This document shows, piece after piece, positions 55,783-64,000 of a stretch of 64,000 nucleotides of DNA. This DNA is from Octopus sinensis (Eukaryota). The translations under genes were made by a program, and so were the position numbers. The notes beneath the pieces are model-generated. The model had not been told where the DNA came from, did no database searches, and saw only the letters and a list, made by a program, of their open reading frames with translations. Location of the stretch: assembly GCF_006345805.1 (NCBI RefSeq), contig NC_043004.1, positions 22,692,001 to 22,756,000 on the forward strand, written 5' to 3'. How positions within the stretch are numbered: position 1 is the first letter of the stretch; every line of letters starts with the position of its first letter.

Positions 55783-55976
55783 TATTGTTGTTGTTAAAAA
55801 ACGTGATACATATTTTCACGAATGTCTGAGAAATTTGAGAGGCAACTGCAGCAACGCGAGCTAATAAGATATATGGAATATCTGATTCAGGTATATACCC
55901 TGCTCCTTTCCCATTTTAAAAAGCAAACGTTGATATATGTGTGTTATGTGTATGTGACTGTGAGGATACACACACA

Positions 55977-56046
<70 letters not shown>

Positions 56047-56047
56047 C

Positions 56048-56088
<41 letters not shown>

Positions 56089-56093
56089 TATAC

Positions 56094-56132
<39 letters not shown>

Positions 56133-56160
56133 ATATATATATATATATATACATATATAT

Positions 56161-56695
56161 ATAACTTAGAATAACTTAGAAAGGTTTTGGCCAGTATTGG
56201 CCCAGGCCATGTCTAACTTAATAGCACCACCTGGCGATGTCTTTCAGTTCAGGATTTGGGCACCAAGGCCCATTCGAGCAGAGAGTTATTGTTTGCGGAG
56301 ACATATCCGGGTGTGGGTGGTTTGTCCGGTACTGTTTGAAGGAATTTGTCCAAAGACTTCTTGAATTTTGTGTGGTCAGTTTCTTTTTTGACGTGTCCTG
56401 GTGTAATGTTGAAGGTGAAATAGTTGTGCCGTATTGTCGTTATGTGATGCGATTTAGATTTTTGTTGTGGACGGATGGCACGTGGTCCAAGCCTTGGATG
56501 CATTTTGAAGGTGATGCCAACATCATTCGGACAGTGCTGATGGAATATTTTCCACATCATACAGATAATGTAGCGTTCACGGCGTCGTTGGAGTGAATAC
56601 AATTTCAGCTTCTCTAGTCTACCCCAGTAGTCAAGGTCTGACATGCCATCTATCTTTTTTGTGATTGACCTTTGGGGAGCTTCAATTCTCATAAT
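56161..56695 (-). mobile_element. 5'-truncated CR1/L2-group LINE 3' end (ORF2 C-terminus, short 3' UTR, tandem tail)
   Basis: ORF 56249-56692 reads IEAPQRSITKKIDGMSDLDYWGRLEKLKLYSLQRRRERYIICMMWKI...FKKSLDKFLQTVPDKP, typical of CR1/L2 ORF2 ends. It terminates in a (TTCTAAGTTA)-type tandem tail and is flanked by (TA)n. Confidence 0.92.
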
Positions 56696-57119
56696 ATTTT
56701 GTTTTGTGTAGGGAGACCACAGTGGACATACACAACATATATATATTATATATATATATATATATGTACATATATTTGCATGTGCAAATATGTAAATATA
56801 TATGTATATATGTATATATATATGTATTATATATATTATATATATGTATATATATATTATTATATATGTTATCTATATATGTATATATTTATATATATAT
56901 ATATATATGTATATATGTAATATATATATGTGTATATATGTATATATCTGCTATATGTATATATATGTATATATATGTATCTATATGCATATATATATAT
57001 ATGTATATATATTTACGTATATCTTATCTTATCTAGTTTCAGCTCACGAGCTGTGACCATATATATATCTATATTTATGTATATTATATGCATATATGCA
57101 TATCGCCATGTTGATTCGT

Positions 57120-57312
57120 TAGCTACTGCACGCATTTTTTTTCTCTCCTTCTTTCTGTGTTTTCTCTCTCTGTGTATCTTTCTGTTGAAGAGCGTAGGCT
57201 CGAAACGTTAAAGACTTTTTTATTTATATTCCTGAGCGCCATACTAATACAATTTTTCGTTTGTTTTCCACCTGCCTTCGTCTTTTGTTTATTTTCATAA
57301 AGCTTCCCGTTA
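57120..57312 (+). mobile_element. Short Penelope-like-derived element in (TA)n
   Basis: A pyrimidine-rich unit containing GAAGAGCGTAGGCTCGAAACG, ending CTTCCCGTTATATA at a TA array. Confidence 0.55.
57177..57214 (+). ncRNA. Minimal hammerhead-like motif (A6U core variant)
   Basis: TCTTT-CTGTTGA-A-GAGC-GTAG-GCTC-GAAA-CG-TT-AAAGA: perfect stems I and II, same layout as 25787-25832. Confidence 0.5.
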
Positions 57313-57321
57313 TATATATAC

Positions 57322-57418
<97 letters not shown>

Positions 57419-57506
57419 TATATACATATATATTATATATACATATATAATATACATATATATATACATATATATATACATATATATATACATATATAAT
57501 ATATAC

Positions 57507-57564
<58 letters not shown>

Positions 57565-57587
57565 GATAGATAGATAGATAGATAGAT

Positions 57588-57648
<61 letters not shown>
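57310..57648. repeat. (TA)n/(TACA) plus (GATA)n compound microsatellite
   Basis: Directly visible. Similar compound arrays occur at 12195-12490, 13135-13295, 31120-31445, 32290-32525, 41370-41690, 55978-56160, 56735-57020 and 61138-61400. Confidence 0.97.
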
Positions 57649-57649
<1 letters not shown>

Positions 57650-58399
57650 TTTGCTTTTGTGTGTGTACACATCTCTACAAAACAATATTTCTGTGCGTAT
57701 TCGCAACAATAGACATCATTCTATTCTCACAATGCTTTTAATAGTTCTTTTGAAATTATTTTCCCAACTACTTTCTAGGAGAATCATTGATAGACCACAA
57801 GGTGTTTCATAATATACTGACTGATTAACGTCCAATACTTACACATTAGTTTGCGCTAATTTAATTTACAATACCATTAATATCTACTCAGTACCATTTA
57901 GTAAATACTGTATGTAGATTGTATTGCTGTCAACCATTGTGGAGTAACGTTGGCCACACTTCCCTGCATTACGGCTCTATGTTCGGCCATGTATTCTGCA
58001 TTTACTACATTTGCTCCAATTAATACCAACACCTACGTGGGCTCATATATCACTTGTAGTTAAGAGGCTTATTTTAAAATCATGTAGTTCCAGATCTACA
58101 TCGATGTGAATATTTTTGGGCCCAAACTTCATAGTATAATCATGTGTGACCAATTTGACAAAGGTTAAAGTAGCATCCAAATCTACAGCTAATCACCAAC
58201 ACACACGAGTTCACAGAAACATACGTATATGGTTTATATATTGTGCAATGAAGTTTTTTAAGGTAGTTCTGGGATATAAGTCTATATAAATTACGTATGA
58301 AAATCAGACAGGCTGGTTTCGTTTGTTATGTCTTTCGTTTGTTATACTTTCTTCAAGGAAGACTGGCCAACAGCTAGATATCAACAATGACAACCCTTC

Positions 58400-58870
58400 A
58401 TTCCTTTTCCCTTCCTATCCTTTAACCATGTGTTCTATAGGGAATCGGTTGATGACGTCAGAACTGGATATTGCCACTTTTGTTGCTCTCGGTGTGATTC
58501 GGCAAAATTGAAGCCTATCCGTACTTTGACGTTAGCCCCAGTGACGACCGCTGCATTATGGGCTCTGGTATATTTGCTATCATCATGTATTTATCATAGG
58601 TAAGTTAGCTTAGTGGTGCCCTTTCCTCTCCAAGCTTTTAGTCTTTACTTGAAACACGCGTTGAGGCTATTGACCTGAGCAGGTTACTCCGCTCTAGCCG
58701 GTGACTCCTTGGGAAGCTTTACTCGGAGTCCTACTAATATTCCGTCACTTGGTTTAGCCTGCCAGCTGAAGTAGGGTATCGGCGTGTGGCTTTAGGAGCC
58801 ATCAAGTGAGAGATTTGGAGTTGACTAAGAATTTATGACATCTATCCACCTGACCATCAATACCAAAGAG
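58400..58870. mobile_element. Possible decayed RTE-type LINE remnant
   Basis: A GC-richer island. Minus-strand AESHREQQKWQYPVLTSS loosely resembles RTE ORF ends, and 58650-58860 resembles RTE UTR-type sequence. Weak, from memory. Confidence 0.3.
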
Positions 58871-59579
58871 CAGCTGCCAGGGACGTTGAGCACCCTACAA
58901 CAAATACAAAAATTAATAATAGTTTGAAACACTTCAGTAAACTTTCGAGGAATTGCGGTGTAGAAATAAAATAAGTCTAGCTTCATTTATATTACATGTT
59001 TAGTATAACCATATATTTCTTCAATGACAACTAAGACAAGATAATTACTTAATGACCATACTGGGAGTTATAATCTGATTTTGTATCAAAGATCAAGTGT
59101 CATTCCAAATTTGTACACATTAGATTACATATTTTCAGTATTAACATGCTTAGCTTATTGACTGATGAAAGATAGGATATCATTTATAACTTGTCTGCTA
59201 GAGCCTTTCTGAATGGTAGGAGGGATGAAGAGTTTTATCTTTAGTCCAAAGTTTTCGTTCACCGTTTGCAAAAGAGTGGAGATTACAAATAACACCCAAA
59301 GCCCAAGCAGCGGTTTTAAGACGGATTCCTAAAGAAATAAACATCTGCTGCGACTCTACATTCATTCTGTCAAGTAAATTGTTGCTGCTAAAGCTTTGAG
59401 TTTACCAGAGGATAGTAAATAAAGAGGTACGATATATGTGGTAATGCAAAATTGAACACCAAAACTCCTAAGTATGCAGCCAAGTTGTTAATCAGCCATA
59501 ACTCTACTTAGTTGCGATTGGTTCATTTTAATTATGTGATGGTAGTCATACGATTTATTCCTGGATATAAATACAAAGT

Positions 59580-59613
<34 letters not shown>

Positions 59614-59847
59614 CGCATACACACACACACATACATATATATATACTCACATATATATATTTTATATATGCACGTATATATACATGTAGATGTAGGTACG
59701 TACATATATGTATGTATGTATGTATGCATATATTTTATATATTACACTAGTGTATGACTGAGCGCCCTAGCGTCGATTCGATTCGTTTCGTTTCGTTTCG
59801 TTTCTTCTTCTTCTCCAGTACAGTTATATATATACATATATATATAT

Positions 59848-59897
<50 letters not shown>

Positions 59898-60340
59898 GCA
59901 TACATACATATGTATAATATATAACTTGTTAATAGCTTTTATGATATACACAACAGAATATATGGCATCTGCACGTCATTTAAGTTATTAAACGTTACAG
60001 TACATAATACTGAAATGAAAGAACTATGGTGAGCCAAGACTCAAACACGTTGTTAATGAAATATCAGCTGCTGTATTTTAGTAGATAGGAGTATCGTCAT
60101 GAGATGACAGAAAGATTAATAAAATATCATTACGAAATAATGCAACCAAATATAGTTGATCTCATTTGTTTATATGCATGTATATCTATGTATATTTATC
60201 TCTCCCTCTTTTTATAGAAATGTATACAAATGTACATACATGAATACATACATACATATGGACTGTCATATTAGCTTTGGCGATAACTGTTAATATCCAG
60301 TACCGCTGCCGTAGTCCCCTGTAGATAGACTATATAGATA

Positions 60341-60398
<58 letters not shown>

Positions 60399-61190
60399 AT
60401 ACATATATATATATAACAAAAAAGAGTAGTGAAAAAAACTACAGAAGGGTTGTGTTTTAACGTTAAAGAATATATTTAAGTCGTTATGTTAGAAAAATGT
60501 CATAAAATTTTGTGTATAGTAACAGTTTTTGGAGAAATAACCGGTTTCGTATATTATTTTCAAATTTCTCAAATTGTTTACCACAGACGCACGCACCCAC
60601 GTATTCATTGCCTTTCATTTGATTTTGTTGTGTATCTATGAGTGTGTGTGAGTGTGTCACTGTTGAAGTCGCTCGTGCAGCCTGTTTGTGTATATGTTGG
60701 CTTAGTGGTACAGCGTGTTTGGAAACTGTGAATGACGTGCAAGTTTCGAGTACTTGTCGGTAACTTTTTTTTCTCCCAGTCTTCTAATAATAACTACCAA
60801 ACTTTCTAGGCTCTTCTCACAGCTATTCCGTGTTCAAAAATCATAGTGGCATTTTAAAAATTTTTATTCAATAAGTATTAAATTACGTATACATTAATAG
60901 GACTGACTTTCGGTTTTCTAAATAGCGAATCACAACTTCAAAGAGAAAGTGAGAGAGTTTGCAAATGAAAGAGGAATATTCCGCAGTGAATGCAATGAAT
61001 ATTAAATTTTCGAGAATTGGATCTAAATAATGCAAGAAACTTGAAAAATCGAAATTATAGGAAATTTCCGAGAACATAATTTATAAAAGTATTTCCAGAC
61101 GGTCAACGATTTAATAATTCCTTCTCCATTATAGTGTTGATATACATATATATATATATTATATACATATATATATATATAATATATATA

Positions 61191-61233
<43 letters not shown>

Positions 61234-62140
61234 ATATATATATATATATATATAGATATATATAATATATATATATAACACACATATATATATATATATA
61301 TATATTCACACACAACATATATGAATATATATGTACATATATATATATATATATATGTGTGTGGTGTGTGTGTGTGTGTGTGTGTATGCTTGTGTATGTA
61401 TGTATGTGTGAAACATTAACCTTTCTTCATATTTATTGCAAATTTGATATTATTTGAATGACGGCTTGGCCAGGGTAACATATCTCACGCGACCAGACGA
61501 TAAGAACGAGTTTGTTGCCACTGAACTGCAGTTGTAACATTTACAGGTTGTAGAGGTATTCGCGGAGAGAAACTCGATTGCTATTTGCATATTTGCAACA
61601 GAGTAAACTCGCTGAAAACTCTCAATTCGTATTGTTAACCCAGACGGGGGTTTTAGTTGTGCAAACTGGATTCTCATAACTCAAACATGAAGATATTACA
61701 GTACATTAATAAATAGAATGAAACTTTTATGCCAGTAATTAGTGTGAAGCCGTATCAAAAGTGTGGATCAGTAATTAATCAGACCATAAACTTATACAAT
61801 TAATTAGGAATATTATTCCTCAAGAGATAATAAATTGATCATTAATTTGGATACGATTATTGCCGGGAAGAGCTATATTCGATTGCATCTTTCACTGAAA
61901 GAAAATACTTTCTTGGCACAATCATAATTGCTTGAATTGACATTAACTTACATTTTATTGTCTCCAGAGGAGTGAACTGAAATATGTACTTTAGTAGGAT
62001 TTTGAAACAGAATATTTACTGATAAAACTTATCAGTTATATATATATATATTATATATATATATACAAATGCAAACTCACGCAAGACAAATGCTATTCAT
62101 GACAAGTGTAGAACTAACAGTATAATCAACATTCCTTTAT

Positions 62141-62515
62141 GGCGCAGAAGTGGCTGTGTTGTAGGTAGCTTACTTAGCAACCACATGGTCCTGGGTTCAG
62201 TCCCACCGCGTGGCACCTTGGGCAAGTGCCTTCTACTACAGCCTCGGATTTGGTAGACGGAAACTGGAAGCCCGTCGTATATGTATATATATATATATGT
62301 ATGTGTGTCTGTGTTTGTTCCCCCAGCATCTCTTGACAACCGATGCTGTTGTGTTTACGTCCCTGTAACTTAGCGGTTCCGCAAAGGAGGCCGGTAAAAT
62401 AAGTACTAGGCTTACAAAGAATAAGCTCTGGTTTCGATTTGCTCGACCAAAGGCGGTGCTCCAGCATGGCCGCAGTCAAATGACTGAAACAAGTAAAAAG
62501 AAAGAGAAGAAATAC
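62141..62515 (+). mobile_element. SINE family B, full length
   Basis: Collinear with 28501-28950. Confidence 0.92.
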
Positions 62516-62715
62516 GAAAAATTGTCTTCGTTTGTGGCTACTGGAAGGTGTTTTGATCCAGGCAATGAAGAGCATACGAGTAATTAATGGGGTGAAAAAT
62601 TAGATTAGTTACAATCAGCACACAATTGGAATAACACAAACTTATATATATATATATATATTTGGTAAAAACGGTAAGATAACAAAAGAAAGAAAAAGAC
62701 CTCAATATTATGGCC

Positions 62716-62778
62716 AGATAACCGAAGAGATGGTGTTGTGGATTTCCACTTCGACATCCGAAACTCAGAGTTTTATCT
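62716..62778 (+). ncRNA. Hammerhead-like motif (U4C core variant) with an extended stem II
   Basis: AGATAA-CCGAAGA-GATG-[GTGG/CCAC hairpin]-CATC-C-GAAA-CTCAGAG-TT-TTATCT: 6-bp stem I, palindromic stem III (ACTC-A-GAGT) and a GUU triplet. Confidence 0.42.
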
Positions 62779-64000
62779 TTGCTATTGAATAATTGTCACA
62801 TAGTAATTTACATATATATATTTATAAATACACATATATATATATTTCTGTGTTTGTGTGTGTGAAATATTTATAGCAATACTGGATATTGTGAAGACTT
62901 GGCTATTTCACATACAGACATATTTATGTATGTATATACCTAGAGACAACTAAACATGTTGCTGGTAATCGATAAATTCTTAGAATGCTGACACGCTTCT
63001 AATATGACATACTCATGATAACAATACTGGATAGTGTGTAGACTTGGCTATTTCACGGAATCTCTTGTGATATCTGCCATACTTTCTTGTGCTCAGTACA
63101 ATGAACTTAATAGCCTGGATAGAAATGATCATCCAGACAAAGAAGTTTATGTTTGTGCTAATGAGAATAGTTTGCCATGTTTAACTTGAAAAAAAATTCT
63201 CAAATCTAGATTTTTATTGTCAGCTACGAAAATACACACTGCACAAACACACACATAGAAACGCAACCACGGATGTGCGCACATACACACACACACACAA
63301 ACACATACAGACACACACAAACACTATATATATATATATATATATATATACAAATGCACACAGCGACGCAAACACATAAGTCCAAGTATTTGCAGGAGTG
63401 CACTGATTTGTTTGAGGTTATACGCCATATGTGTGGTATTTTGATAACGCTTATTATGTTAGTGTTTACGTCACGTCCTCAGCTCTATAGCACACCGAAA
63501 AAACTGTTTTGTTTTAGTTTCTTGTTTTTTTCTTTTGCAACTGACTGATAATGCCTTCCATTTCCTGTTATATTCTTCATTCGAAACTGTAGCTATTCCA
63601 AGAAAAGAGTTAAAGCAACAATAAGACCAGCTAACTTCATACAACGTCATAGTCATTCGAAGTAATAAGTTAACAACAACAGCACATACTAATTCCAAAG
63701 CTATTAATGACTGTTTTTATGAAACCAGACATTGTGATCAATAATGGAATAGTTTGGTACCACTGTTCTTTGCAGAAAAATCAGAAACAGCAGTAAAAGC
63801 CAACATTACTTATTAAAAAGGGTAAAAGAAAGAGACCATTCATAAGAATAGTAATAAAATCTCGTTGAAAACACATTCTAGCGTCCGGATGAATAAATTA
63901 TATATTGTAGTGTAGTATATGCATTACATATATAAATACACACACATATATATGCATGCATGTATAAATAGACACTGTATAGATACATAATTGCAAACCA

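Noticed and set aside
62873-63056. CRISPR-like repeat-spacer-repeat
   Set aside because: Only two repeats, a 106-bp spacer, eukaryotic context and no cas genes.
63471-63790. ORF 63471-63698 and coding-like plus frame
   Set aside because: The plus frame has several stops, the minus ORF ends in low-complexity A/T tracts, and no family is recognised.

Overview
AT-rich, repeat-dense eukaryotic non-coding DNA, probably intronic or intergenic. The SINE and microsatellite repertoire resembles Octopus (coleoid cephalopod) genomes; this is recognition from memory, not a search result. No intact host protein-coding gene, rRNA, functional tRNA or CRISPR array is supported, and most ORFs in the track are translations of (TA)n/(TACA)n/(TAA)n microsatellites. 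Recognisable content is mobile-element debris: R4/Dong-like REL-endonuclease LINE 3' ends in (TAA)n, an L1/Tx1-like relic, a CR1/L2-type 3' end, two mariner relics, a Tc1/mariner (maT-like) relic, a Chapaev3-like transposase relic, an hAT MITE with a perfect 8-bp TSD, about 20 tRNA-derived SINE copies from three families, and several TIR/hairpin elements. The most interesting signal is a set of short, unrelated elements, mostly beside (TA)n, each carrying a minimal type-I hammerhead-ribozyme-like fold of the Penelope-like-element kind (25787, 46701/46821, 57177, 62716). One pair lies in a 353-bp spacer-less near-perfect palindrome bracketed by a ~126-bp direct duplication. A few isolated plus-strand exon candidates are noted at low confidence.
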